DNA from: Longimicrobiales bacterium
GTDB lineage: Bacteria > Gemmatimonadota > Gemmatimonadetes > Longimicrobiales > Gaopeijiaceae
NCBI GenBank assembly: GCA_963664435.2
Contig: CAXXKM010000001.1
Span: 160,001 to 224,000, forward strand
Length of the DNA: 64,000 nucleotides
Direction: 5' to 3'
Shown here in pieces: positions 52,431 through 63,438 of the stretch. Position 1 is the first letter of the stretch; each line of letters starts with the position of its first letter. Under the pieces are notes generated by a model, which was given only the letters and a program-made list of their open reading frames with translations, had not been told where the DNA came from and did not search any database. Both the position numbers and the translations under genes were made by a program.

Positions 52431-53768
52431 TCAACCGGATGAAGGAATGACGTCCTCGGACACCCCCTGAGCGGCGACCTCCAGGATCTCGATCCCGCGC
52501 GCCTGGAGGCGGCCCAGGGCCGACGCGGGAAGCCGCGCCGTGACCGTGAGCGCCGAGTCGTCTCGAATGGTCTTCACAACCTCACCCTCGCGATAGAGCG
52601 CTGCAAGCGTGCCCCCGTCCGTCACCTTGAGCACCACCTGCACGCTGTGCAGCGCTGCCCGAATCCGAGCCAGAAGCACGTTTCGCAGCCGATCGAGCGT
52701 CTTCGGCCGGAAGGCCGAGAGGAAGACGGAGGGGGTATGCTCGCGACCTCGCACGCGCTCCCTGAGCACCTCCTCCTCGGCGTGGGTGACGAGGTCGGTC
52801 TTGTTGAACACGAGCACGCGGGGCGCGTCCAGGAGTTCGAGCTCCTCCAGCACCTCGTGCACGACGGCGAGCCGGCCTTCCCAGTCGGGCTCCGAAGCAT
52901 CCACCACGTGCAGGATCAGATCCGCTTCCCGCGCCTCCTCGAGCGTCGACCGGAACGACGCGATGAGGTCGTGCGGGAGCTTGCGGATGAAGCCCACCGT
53001 GTCCGTGAGCAGCGCCTGGTGCCCCTCTCCCAGGGACACCACGCGGGTGGCGGAATCGAGGGTGGCGAAGAGCCGGTCCTCCACCAGCAGGTCGGCGCCC
53101 GAGAGCGCCTTGAGGAGCGATGACTTGCCGGCGTTCGTGTACCCGACGAGCGCCGCGCGGAAGGAGTTCGCCCGTCCCTTGCGCTGCGTGGCCCGCGACC
53201 GGGCGACCGCTTCCAGCTTGTGCTTCAGTTCCGCAATCCGGGTGCCGATCAGGCGCCGGTCGGTCTCGAGCTGGGTCTCGCCCGGCCCCCTGAGCCCGAT
53301 CCCGCCCCGGATGCGCGAAAGGTGGCTCCACATGCGCTTCAGGCGTGGCAGCAGGTACTCGAGCTGTGCAAGCTCGACCTGCATGCGGGCTTCCCGGGTG
53401 CGCGCACGGGTTGCGAAGATATCCAGGATGAGCTCGGCGCGGTCCATCACCCGGATCCCCAGGAAGTCCTCCAGATGGCGGGCCTGATCCGGCTTCAACT
53501 CATCGTCGAAGATGACCAGGTCGGCCTTCGAGGCGCGCGCCGTCGAGCGCAGTTCGCGGACCTTCCCCTTGCCGACGTAGAAGCGAGGATGGGGACTGCG
53601 GATGCGCTGCTGCACCGTCCCCACGACATCCGCCCCGGCGGTATCCGCGAGGCGGGCGAGCTCCTCGAGGTGCTCACGCGCGGTGGCCTGGGGCATGCGT
53701 CCCCGCGGCGCCCCGACCAGGATCGCGCGATCGATGGCGGGCCGGTTGTCGATGAATCGCTCAGGGAT
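52431..53768 (-). CDS. hflX: GTPase HflX (proposed ATC start at 53768; first ATG at 53696)
   Basis: [48 protein letters not shown]. The N-terminal DRAILVG lies upstream of the first ATG. Confidence 0.95.
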   Translation of the reverse strand: MPERFIDNRPAIDRAILVGAPRGRMPQATAREHLEELARLADTAGADVVGTVQQRIRSPHPRFYVGKGKVRELRSTARASKADLVIFDDELKPDQARHLEDFLGIRVMDRAELILDIFATRARTREARMQVELAQLEYLLPRLKRMWSHLSRIRGGIGLRGPGETQLETDRRLIGTRIAELKHKLEAVARSRATQRKGRANSFRAALVGYTNAGKSSLLKALSGADLLVEDRLFATLDSATRVVSLGEGHQALLTDTVGFIRKLPHDLIASFRSTLEEAREADLILHVVDASEPDWEGRLAVVHEVLEELELLDAPRVLVFNKTDLVTHAEEEVLRERVRGREHTPSVFLSAFRPKTLDRLRNVLLARIRAALHSVQVVLKVTDGGTLAALYREGEVVKTIRDDSALTVTARLPASALGRLQARGIEILEVAAQGVSEDVIPSSG

Positions 53769-53873
53769 TGCGGTACCTCCTTGCGTGGCGAGCCGGTTCG
53801 AGCTCGTTCCGTCTGCCTCCGCAAGCGTCGGGACGGGTCGCGGACGTGGCAGGTTCAGGCATCCGGGTTTCGC

Positions 53874-55319
53874 TTACGTTTGGGCGCCCGGGCGCGGTTT
53901 CGGGATGCTTCCATCCCCTTCCGATGCGGCCTGGACGCGCAGGGTCCGGAAGCGTTCGAGCCTGGCGGCGATATCGTGTTCCTCTCCCGCCGCGCCAGGG
54001 ACGTAGAAGCGCCTCCCCTCGAGTTCGGCCGGCAGGTAGCTCTGGGCGGCGACGCCGTCCGGCGCATCCGGGTCGTATTGATACCCGGCGCCATAACCCA
54101 GCTGCTTCATCATGTCGGTAGGCGCGTTGCGGAGATGCAGCGGCACCGACGCGCCCGGCGTCTGCCGCGCCGCCCGTCCGGCATCGAGCCACGCCCGATA
54201 GAGCCGATTCGACTTGGGCGCCGAGGCCAGATACACCACGACTTCGGCGAGGGCCAGCTCCCCTTCGGGAGAGCCCAGGAAATGAAAGGCGTCACGTCCG
54301 GCCAGCGCGACCGCCAGCGCCCGAGGATGCGCCAGCCCGATGTCCTCGGAAGCCATGCGCACCAGTCGCCGCGCGATGTAGCGCGGGTCCTGCCCTCCCT
54401 GGAGCATGCGCGCGAGCCAGTAGAGGGCGGCGTCGGGATCGCTGCCGCGCACCGCCTTGTGCAGCGCCGAGATGGTATTGTAGTGCTCCTCGCCGGCCTT
54501 GTCGAAGTGCGAAAAGCGGTGCTGGGCCGCCTGCCGCGCGTGCTCCAGGGTTATGGCGCGTTCCGGACCGGCCAGTTCGCTCGCCCGCTCCAGCACCCCG
54601 AGCGCGCGTCGCGCATCTCCGTCGGCACGTCCGGCGATCCAGTCGAGCACACCCGCGCCGGCGCCTTCCCGCGATCGTCCCAGACCCCGGCCGCCATCCT
54701 CCAGCGCCCGTCCGAGGATGCCCGCAAGCTCATCCGCCGAAAGTGGTTCCAGGACAAACACCGGAGCCCGTGACAGCAGCGGCCGGATGACCTCGAAACT
54801 GGGGTTCTCGGTGGTGGCGCCGACCAGAACCACGATCCCCTCCTCGACATAGGGGAGGAACGCGTCCTGCTGCGCCTTGTTGAAGCGGTGAATCTCGTCG
54901 CAGAAGAGGATCGTTCCGCGGCCGCTCGCGGCGATGCGCTCCCGGGCCTCCGCGATGATCGCGCGGACGCGCGCAACCCCCTCCGTCACCGCCGAGAACG
55001 CGACGAAGGCCGCATCGCCGCGGTGGGCCAGGAGCCGCGCCAGCGTGGTCTTGCCGCTTCCCGGGGGGCCCCAGAGGATCAGGCTCGAGAGAGCGCCCCC
55101 TTCGAGCATCCGCCTGAGCGGGCCGCCGTCTTCCAGAAGTCGGGCCTGTCCCGCGAACTCGGCGAGGGTGCGCGGGCGCATTCGGGCCGCGAGCGGAGCC
55201 CCGGCGCCGTGGGAGGACGCCTGCTCGACATGGACGCCGGCCGCCGCCCGGCGCGCTCGGTCCGATCTGCCGGAGTCGCCTCCGGCTCCGACATCCCCGA
55301 AGAGCGTGGGCTCGTTCAC
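53874..55319 (-). CDS. rarA: Replication-associated recombination protein A
   Basis: PLAARMRP, WGPPGSGKTTLA, DEIHRFNKAQQD, GATTENPSF, SALHKAVRGSD, ASEDIG, VPLHLRNAPT. Confidence 0.96.
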   Translation of the reverse strand: MNEPTLFGDVGAGGDSGRSDRARRAAAGVHVEQASSHGAGAPLAARMRPRTLAEFAGQARLLEDGGPLRRMLEGGALSSLILWGPPGSGKTTLARLLAHRGDAAFVAFSAVTEGVARVRAIIAEARERIAASGRGTILFCDEIHRFNKAQQDAFLPYVEEGIVVLVGATTENPSFEVIRPLLSRAPVFVLEPLSADELAGILGRALEDGGRGLGRSREGAGAGVLDWIAGRADGDARRALGVLERASELAGPERAITLEHARQAAQHRFSHFDKAGEEHYNTISALHKAVRGSDPDAALYWLARMLQGGQDPRYIARRLVRMASEDIGLAHPRALAVALAGRDAFHFLGSPEGELALAEVVVYLASAPKSNRLYRAWLDAGRAARQTPGASVPLHLRNAPTDMMKQLGYGAGYQYDPDAPDGVAAQSYLPAELEGRRFYVPGAAGEEHDIAARLERFRTLRVQAASEGDGSIPKPRPGAQT

Positions 55320-56686
55320 GCGGGCCTCCGCGGGCCGCCCGATGCCTGCGCGCGGGCATCGATGTAGAGCCGGGCGCGCCGCGCCAGAATCGAACGACGA
55401 TTCAGCGCGGGATCATCCAGAACCAGATCGAGGAGATGACCGAGCACGGCGCCGAAGCCGGGACCGGGCCGCATGCCCATCTCGATGAGATCGTGCCCGC
55501 TCAGAGCCAGGTCCGCCACCGTGAGCGGAGGATTCTTCGCCAATTCCGCCCTGACCGCCTTCCAGCCGGACTGCACGGCGCTCTCCGGGCTCGGCGTCCC
55601 CTGAGCGGCCTCCAGGCGCGCACGGGCGATCCAGATGCGGAACAGGTGGCGGCGGTCGACACGGCGGGTTTGGCGAAGCCAGCGCCGCAATGCCGGCCCG
55701 GAGCCGGTTTCGGGACCGGCTGCGAGCGCGCGCACCAGGGCGCTCACGCCCTCGACGTCGGCGCGCGAATAGCGCAGCCGCTCCATCAGCTCGGCCGCGC
55801 GCATGCGGGCGCGCTCCTCCGGGCGAAGCTCCGCGCCGACCCCCCGTGGGGGTATGCCGATCCCGCCCAGGAGACACGCCAGACGAGCCAGCGGATAGCT
55901 CCTCGAGATGATGTCCACGGTGAGCAGGGCGACGCCCCACGAATCGGACTGCCCGTCCTCCTGTCGGCTCAGGCATCGCGCCAGCGCCGGATAGAGCACC
56001 GGGAGCACGCCTGCCGCGGCGTACAGAGAGAGGGCGCGCGAGGGTCTCGCGCAGCCGAGGATCTTCGCCAGCTCTTCCCGCACCCGCTCCGGAGAGAGGT
56101 CGGCCAGATGCCGCCGGTGCCCGCACAGGGCCGCCCAGGTGTTCGGCTCGATGGCGAGGGCAAAGCGCCCGGCGAAGCGCAGCGCGCGCAGGATGCGCAG
56201 GAAATCCTCGGCGAAGCGTGTCCGGGCATCTCCGACCGTGCGCAGGGTGCCGGCGGCGAGGTCGTCCATGCCCCCGAAGGGATCGCGCAGCTCTCGGCGC
56301 AGGGGGTGCCAGGCGATGGCGTTGATGGTGAAGTCCCGCCGCGCCAGGTCCTCGTCGATGTCGTCGGCGAACTCCACGGTGGCCCTGCGCCCGAACGTCT
56401 CCACGTCGCGCCGGAAGGTGGTGACCTCGTACATGCCTTGCCGGGTCAGAACCCCCATGGTCCCGTGTTCGACCCCGATCGGAACCACCCTTCCGAACAC
56501 CGTCCTCATCTGTTCGGGCCGCGCGCGCGTGGCCAGGTCCCAATCGCCATCCCTGGCGGGCCGTCCAACCAGCGCGTCCCGTACAATGCCCCCGACCGCC
56601 CACGTCTCGAAGCCGGCCCGCTCGAGTTTCCGAATCACCCAGCGGACGGAGTCGGGGGCGGCTGGCGGTTCCCTCGTGTCCGTCAC
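55316..56686 (-). CDS. cca: CCA tRNA nucleotidyltransferase (class II)
   Basis: VGGIVRD, DWDLAT, EVTTFRRD, DLARRDFTINA, ED.LRILRALRF, ERVREEL. Confidence 0.9.
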   Translation of the reverse strand: MTDTREPPAAPDSVRWVIRKLERAGFETWAVGGIVRDALVGRPARDGDWDLATRARPEQMRTVFGRVVPIGVEHGTMGVLTRQGMYEVTTFRRDVETFGRRATVEFADDIDEDLARRDFTINAIAWHPLRRELRDPFGGMDDLAAGTLRTVGDARTRFAEDFLRILRALRFAGRFALAIEPNTWAALCGHRRHLADLSPERVREELAKILGCARPSRALSLYAAAGVLPVLYPALARCLSRQEDGQSDSWGVALLTVDIISRSYPLARLACLLGGIGIPPRGVGAELRPEERARMRAAELMERLRYSRADVEGVSALVRALAAGPETGSGPALRRWLRQTRRVDRRHLFRIWIARARLEAAQGTPSPESAVQSGWKAVRAELAKNPPLTVADLALSGHDLIEMGMRPGPGFGAVLGHLLDLVLDDPALNRRSILARRARLYIDARAQASGGPRRPA

Positions 56687-56976
56687 CGCCAGGCAGCCGC
56701 GCAGCGATCCAGAATCAGGTGTAGCCCGGAGGCGACATCGGGTTCATCGACGGCGGCTTCGCAGGCGTAGGTCAGAAACGCGTCGGCCGCCAGGAGCTGA
56801 AAGGCCGCGTGTCGGTCGAGTCGCCGGGACACCTCGGCGCGGTCGAGCGCAACGATCCCGAGTTCCGCAAGCCCGGCGACCGAAAGGAGAAGGTCATCGT
56901 CGACCGCGAGCCACTCTTTCAACCCGTTCGGTACGGCCGGGCGGCGCGCATCGAGCCAGGTGCCGAGCGCCGTCAC
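56683..56976 (-). CDS. Small hypothetical protein
   Basis: 97 aa with GTGA overlaps on both sides; AFQLLAADAFLTYACEAA looks like a conserved helical motif. Confidence 0.72.
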   Translation of the reverse strand: MTALGTWLDARRPAVPNGLKEWLAVDDDLLLSVAGLAELGIVALDRAEVSRRLDRHAAFQLLAADAFLTYACEAAVDEPDVASGLHLILDRCAAAWR

Positions 56977-59681
56977 CGCGCGTCGCCGCCGCCGCTCGCG
57001 GAGAGTTCGCGTACAACGGCTTCGCCCGCCGCGAGCGCCTCGTCCAGCCGGCTGGGATCGGCGACGCCCGCCTGGGCCATGTGCGGTCGCCCGCCGCCGC
57101 GTCCTCCCACCACCGCCGCCACCCCCCGCACCACGTCGTCCGCCTTGATCCCCCGGCGGATGAGGGCGGCGCCGACGAAGCTGAACAGGGTTTGCTTGCC
57201 ACCGGGGAGCTCGGCGGCGACCACCGCCACCCCACCCGGCTCGGCGGCCAGGAAGTCGTCGCCGTAGCCGCGCACCTCGTCCGCCCGGCGCGCCCGCAGC
57301 CGCACCGCCCGGTAGGCAGCCCGGAAGGGGTCGCCGTCGCCAAGGGTGAGTTCGCTGGCCACGACCACGGTTTCGCGCGCGCCCCCCGCCTTGCTCATCT
57401 CGTCCAGCAGCCGCTCGAGCTCCTTCTTCTCCTCGATCAGCTGCTGCGTGCGCCGAACCGCGTTGCGCACCGGCGTCCGGAGCAGGCCCGAGACCTGCTC
57501 GAGCTCGGCCTCAATGTCCTGGTAAACCTTGAGCGCGCCGGGCCCCGTAACCGCCTCGATTCGGCGCACCCCCGCCGCCACCCCCGCCTCGCTCACCACC
57601 TTGAAGAGCCCGACTTCGCCGGTATGCCGCAGGTGGGTGCCGCCGCACAGCTCGATGCTCACTCCGGGAACCGTGATCGTGCGCACTCGGTCGCCGTACT
57701 TCTCGCCGAAGAGCGCCATCGCGCCCGCGGCGATCGCCTCGTCGTACGTGGACTCTCCGGCCTCGACAGGATGGTCGCGCCACACCGCCTCGTTGACGAA
57801 GGTCTCGACCCGATCGACCTCCTCCGGCGTCATCGGCCCGGAGTGGGCGAAGTCGAAACGCAGCCGGTCCGGGGCCACCAGCGATCCCTGCTGGGTGGCG
57901 TGCTCTCCCAGCACCGACCGGAGCGCCGCGTGCAGCAGATGCGTGGCGGTGTGGTTTCGCTCGGTGTCGTGCCGGACGTCCTCCGGGACCTGGGCATGCA
58001 CGGGCAAAGGACCCGCATCCAGCGGGGGCGGATCGCCCTCCAGCGGCCCGATCAGCGCGGTCCGGCCTTCTACCCGCTCGACGCGCTCCACCGTCAACTG
58101 CCACCCGTCCCCCGTCACCTTCCCCTGATCGGAGATCTGGCCGCCGGCCTCGACGTAGAAGGGGTTCTCGCGCAGCTGCACGTGCCACTTTCCGGCGCCT
58201 TGGCCCTCGCGCACGGCGATCACTACCGTCGATGTTCCCCGATGTTCGTACCCTACGAAACTCTGCTCGGCATTCTCGCCCAGATACTGCCATGGGAGAG
58301 TGGCGCTCAGATCGCCGCTGGCTGCTGGAATCCCTGAACTAGCCACGCCACGAAGGGCCGCCGTTGGCCGACTCCGCGCTCTCTGCCTCTCCAGCGCCTT
58401 CTCGAACCCCTCCACATCCACCGAATACCCACGCTCCCGCGCTATCACCTCGGTGAGGTCCAGCGGAAAGCCGAAGGTGTCGTATAGTCGGAAGGCGTCC
58501 TCTCCGCCAATCACGCCACCCCGCTCCCCGCCTTCTTCCGCGACGATGGCATCGAAGCGCTCCATCCCTCCCTCGATGGTCGTCAGGAAGCGCTCCTCCT
58601 CCCCCCGCGTGATCGACAGGATGTGCTCCGCCCGCTCGACCAGCTTCGGATAGGTCCCGCCCATGGCCGCGATGACCGCGTCGACCACCTCCACAACGGT
58701 GGGCTCGCGGCGACCCAGCAGCCAGGCGTGCCGCACGCCGCGCCTCAGGATCCGCCGCAGCACGTAGCCCCGCCCCTCGTTGGACGGATAGACCCCGTCG
58801 GCCAACAGGAAGGCCACGGCGCGGCTGTGGTCGGCGAGCACCCGGTAGCTCACCCCTTCCGGCGCCTTCGGGTCGTACGCCCGCCCCACAGCCTGGGACG
58901 CGCGTTCCAGCAGCGGCTGGAAGAGGTCGATGTGGTAGTTGGAGTCAACGCCCTGCAGCACCGTGGCCAGGCGCTCGAGCCCCGCCCCGGTGTCGATGGA
59001 GGGCGCCGGCAACGGGTGCTGCACCCCGGCCTCGTCCCGGTTGAACTGCATGAACACCAGGTTCCACAACTCGAGGAACTCGCCCCGCTCGCCCTTTTCC
59101 TCGAACTCGTCGACCGGCGGATGCACGCCCCGCTCCCCCCTCGGACGCAGGTCGTAGTGCACCTCCGAACAAGGGCCGCACGGTCCCGTGTCGGCCATCT
59201 GCCAGAAGTTGTCCTTGTCTCCCAGGCGGTAGATGCGCGACCGCTCGAGACCCGCAACCTCGTGCCACAGCTCGGCGGCTTCGTCGTCCGTATGGTGGAC
59301 GGTCGCGTACAGCCGGTCCGGGTCGATGCCCAGTTCGACGGTCAGAAAGTCCCAGGCGTAGCGGATGGCCTCGCGCTTGAAGTAGTCCCCGAACGAGAAG
59401 TTGCCGAGCATCTCGAAAAAGGTGTGGTGGCGCGCGGTCCGCCCCACCTCCTCCAGATCGTTGTGCTTTCCCCCGGCGCGGAGGCACTTCTGGGAGGTGA
59501 CCGCGGTCCGGTGCGGCGCAGCCTCCTCCCCCAGGAACACGCTCTTGAACTGGACCATGCCCGCGTTGGTGAAGAGCAGGCTGGGATCGTTCCCGGGCAC
59601 CAGCGAGGAGCTGGATATTACGCCGTGTCCGCGCTCTTCGAAGAACCCCAGAAAGCGCCGGCGGATTTCAGCAGTGTCCAT
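56973..59681 (-). CDS. alaS: Alanine--tRNA ligase
   Basis: LLFTNAGMVQFK, HHTFFEMLGNFSFGDYFK, IDTGAGLER, editing motifs NHTATHLLH and ELCGGTH, GGGRPHMAQAG. Confidence 0.98.
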   Translation of the reverse strand: MDTAEIRRRFLGFFEERGHGVISSSSLVPGNDPSLLFTNAGMVQFKSVFLGEEAAPHRTAVTSQKCLRAGGKHNDLEEVGRTARHHTFFEMLGNFSFGDYFKREAIRYAWDFLTVELGIDPDRLYATVHHTDDEAAELWHEVAGLERSRIYRLGDKDNFWQMADTGPCGPCSEVHYDLRPRGERGVHPPVDEFEEKGERGEFLELWNLVFMQFNRDEAGVQHPLPAPSIDTGAGLERLATVLQGVDSNYHIDLFQPLLERASQAVGRAYDPKAPEGVSYRVLADHSRAVAFLLADGVYPSNEGRGYVLRRILRRGVRHAWLLGRREPTVVEVVDAVIAAMGGTYPKLVERAEHILSITRGEEERFLTTIEGGMERFDAIVAEEGGERGGVIGGEDAFRLYDTFGFPLDLTEVIARERGYSVDVEGFEKALERQRARSRPTAALRGVASSGIPAASGDLSATLPWQYLGENAEQSFVGYEHRGTSTVVIAVREGQGAGKWHVQLRENPFYVEAGGQISDQGKVTGDGWQLTVERVERVEGRTALIGPLEGDPPPLDAGPLPVHAQVPEDVRHDTERNHTATHLLHAALRSVLGEHATQQGSLVAPDRLRFDFAHSGPMTPEEVDRVETFVNEAVWRDHPVEAGESTYDEAIAAGAMALFGEKYGDRVRTITVPGVSIELCGGTHLRHTGEVGLFKVVSEAGVAAGVRRIEAVTGPGALKVYQDIEAELEQVSGLLRTPVRNAVRRTQQLIEEKKELERLLDEMSKAGGARETVVVASELTLGDGDPFRAAYRAVRLRARRADEVRGYGDDFLAAEPGGVAVVAAELPGGKQTLFSFVGAALIRRGIKADDVVRGVAAVVGGRGGGRPHMAQAGVADPSRLDEALAAGEAVVRELSASGGGDAR

Positions 59682-59795
59682 CTGTAAAGGGCCAGGTGCG
59701 GGAAGGCGCCGCCGCCCGATACGGGACGCCAGCCCCTAGAATAACCGCGCCCCGCAGCCGGGCTCAATACGCGTCCGGCTCGCCATCGGCGCAAC

Positions 59796-60947
<1,152 letters not shown>

Positions 60948-61194
60948 CGCTGTATGTCTCCGTCTGATTCGCGTGAACGAGGAAGTGCCATCCCAACATA
61001 CGAGACCCGAACAGAAAGCGAAAGGGGGCCCGCGTGGGAAGAAACATAACGGGTCCCCGATGGCCCCTGGAATGCTTTATCGGGACGATCTCGGGACCCC
61101 CGTTGCGGAGGGACGGCGACTCCTGTTCTCTTTTCTGACGGGCGGCCCCGGTCGGCCCGGTTCGACTGGAAGACACTCGCTGGAGCTGCTGACC

Positions 61195-62007
61195 ATGACG
61201 ACAAGACAGACCCTGCTTCCGCCACTGCTGGTCTGCTTGCTCGCGGCAGTGCCGGGCGCCGCGCAGGAAATTCCCGACCACGCGGACTTCACGCGGCTGC
61301 TCGAGGCCGTCGTCCGCACGCCGCGGGTGGACTACGCGGCTCTCCAGAACCGCAACGCGGAGCTGGCCGCCTATCTCGACCAGCTCGCCGGCACCGATCC
61401 GGCGGCGCTCGGGTCGGCTGCCGACGAAGTCCAGCTCGCGTTCTGGATCAACGCCTACAACGCCTGCATGCTGGACCGGGTGGCGACGCACTATCCGATC
61501 CGGAAGAACGCCGGTCTCGTGGGCTCGATCCGCAACGCGTTCGCCGACCGCCCCGACAACTCCGTCTGGCAGATCCGGGACGTCTTCACGGGCGCCTTCT
61601 GCGACGTCGCAGGAGCCACCCGCTCCCTCGACGAGATCGAGCACGAGATCATCCGGCCCACGTGGGGTGAACCGCGTATCCACTTCGCCGTCAACTGCGC
61701 CGCCCTGAGCTGTCCTCCGCTGGCGGCCGAGGCCTACGTGCCGGAGCGCCTCGATGACCAGCTCGATCGAGCCGTGCGCGGCCTGGTGGCGAATCCCGAG
61801 CACTTCCTCATCGATCGCTCGGGGACCGGATCCCTCACCCTGAACCGGGTGCTGGACTGGTACGGCGGTGACTTCGGAGGCACGGAGGGCCTGCTCGGCT
61901 TCTTTGCCCGATACCTGTCCGATGAGGATGCCGGATTCCTCCGGCGCCCGGGCGTCGAGGTGCGCTTCTTCGAATACGACTGGACGCTGAACGACCTCGA
62001 TCCGTGA
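61195..62007 (+). CDS. DUF547 domain secreted protein
   Basis: VDYAAL, LAFWINAYNA, SLDEIEHEIIR, PRIHFAVNCAALSCPPL, WYGGDF, YDWTLN; signal peptide. Confidence 0.92.
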   Translation: MTTRQTLLPPLLVCLLAAVPGAAQEIPDHADFTRLLEAVVRTPRVDYAALQNRNAELAAYLDQLAGTDPAALGSAADEVQLAFWINAYNACMLDRVATHYPIRKNAGLVGSIRNAFADRPDNSVWQIRDVFTGAFCDVAGATRSLDEIEHEIIRPTWGEPRIHFAVNCAALSCPPLAAEAYVPERLDDQLDRAVRGLVANPEHFLIDRSGTGSLTLNRVLDWYGGDFGGTEGLLGFFARYLSDEDAGFLRRPGVEVRFFEYDWTLNDLDP

Positions 62008-62723
62008 CCGGCGCCACCCTGGGGGTGGTGATCCCGACGATCGACGAAGCGGGTCATCTGCCCGGACTGCTGGCCGATCTTGCCGACGTTGAGCTTCCGC
62101 TTCGCGTCGTGGTTTCCGATGGCGGCTCGGTCGACGACACCCTCGACCTGGCCCGGGCCGGAGGCGCCGTGTGTCTTTCCGGGCCCCGCGGGCGCGCCGC
62201 CCAGATGAACGCCGGAGCGCGCGCGCTCGACACCCCCTGGCTCCTTTTCCTGCACGCGGATTCCCGTCTCCCGCGCGTCTCCCGCTCGGCGCTCGTCTCC
62301 GCGCTCCGCGCCGACAACGGTCCGGCGGCGGCCTATTTCCTGTTCCGCCTGCGCGGACGCGGCTGGTTCTGGCGCCTGGTGGAGTCCGGTCAGCGCGTGC
62401 GCGAGCGCCTGACCGGCCTCGTTTACGGCGACCAGGGCCTGCTGGTGCGGCGCGAGGTGTTCGAAGCGGTCGGCGGCTACCCCGAGCTGCCCCTCATGGA
62501 AGATGTGGAGATGGTGCGCCGGCTGCGCCGCTCCGGGAGGATCGCACGCCTGCCCGGTCCTCTGGTGACCAGCCCCAGAACCTACCGGCGGCTGGGAAGA
62601 TGGAAGGTCTGGCTGCGCAACGGGGCGGCCATCTCGCTGTATCTGGCCGGCGTCGCTCCCGAGCGGCTGGTGCGCTGGTATCCTGAACGCTTCCCGGTCT
62701 CGGAGAACGGACGGAACAGGTGA
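62004..62723 (+). CDS. TIGR04283-family GT2 glycosyltransferase
   Basis: VVIPT.DE, DGGS.D.T, GRAAQMNAGA, LLFLHAD, YGDQG, GGYPELPLMED, TSPR. Confidence 0.9.
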   Translation: MTGATLGVVIPTIDEAGHLPGLLADLADVELPLRVVVSDGGSVDDTLDLARAGGAVCLSGPRGRAAQMNAGARALDTPWLLFLHADSRLPRVSRSALVSALRADNGPAAAYFLFRLRGRGWFWRLVESGQRVRERLTGLVYGDQGLLVRREVFEAVGGYPELPLMEDVEMVRRLRRSGRIARLPGPLVTSPRTYRRLGRWKVWLRNGAAISLYLAGVAPERLVRWYPERFPVSENGRNR

Positions 62724-63334
62724 CGCGCGGCGTGGAACGCACCCTGATCGCATTCGCGAAAGTGCCTCGGCCGGGGCGGGTCAAGACGCGTCTCGCCGCG
62801 GCCATCGGCGACGCCGAGGCCGCATCCCTGTACCGCGTCATGGGCCGCCGGATACTGGATGGGGTTCGTGGCGGGGATTATCGCGTCGTCGTCTACATCG
62901 ATCCCGCGAATGAGCTGGCGGCTGCGCGCGCCTGGCTGGGCGCGGCGGGCGTCGATTTCAGACCCCAGAAAGGCGACGGCCTGGGGGAGCGCCTGGCCGA
63001 CGCTTTCCGGACCGAGTTCAAGCGCGCACGGCGCGTGTGCGCCATCGGCACCGATGCCCCCGCGGTGGACCGTCCCCTCGTCGAGCGGGCCTTCGCTCAA
63101 CTCTCGACGAACGATCTCGTGCTGGGTCCCGCGCTGGACGGCGGATACTACCTGATCGGCACGGCGGGCTACCGGCCCGAACTCTTCCGCGAGGTGCCCT
63201 GGAGCACGGAGGAAGTCATGGCCGTGACGCTGGCCCGGGCGCGCGCCCTGAAGCTGCGGACGGCCGCCCTCGAGCCGCTGCCGGACATCGACACGGTCGA
63301 GGACCTGGAACGGGCGGGCGCTCCCCCGTGGTGA
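62720..63334 (+). CDS. TIGR04282-family (DUF2064, CofC-like) transferase
   Basis: FAKVPRPGRVKTRL, Q.GDGLGERL, IGTDAP, LGPALDGGYYLIG, VPWST, DIDTVEDL. Confidence 0.9.
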   Translation: MTRGVERTLIAFAKVPRPGRVKTRLAAAIGDAEAASLYRVMGRRILDGVRGGDYRVVVYIDPANELAAARAWLGAAGVDFRPQKGDGLGERLADAFRTEFKRARRVCAIGTDAPAVDRPLVERAFAQLSTNDLVLGPALDGGYYLIGTAGYRPELFREVPWSTEEVMAVTLARARALKLRTAALEPLPDIDTVEDLERAGAPPW

Positions 63335-63368
63335 TCAAGGCGTCCCCGCCGCCCTGATGGTCAGTCCA

Positions 63369-63413
63369 CGACGAAGCCCGCCCCGGCGCGGATGGCCAGG
63401 GCGGGCTTCGTCG
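63369..63413. terminator. Perfect 15-bp inverted repeat between convergent genes (putative bidirectional terminator)
   Basis: CGACGAAGCCCGCCC (63369-63383) and GGGCGGGCTTCGTCG (63399-63413); no clear U-tract. Confidence 0.6.
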
Positions 63414-63438
63414 AACTTGCGCGAAACGCGGAAAGACA

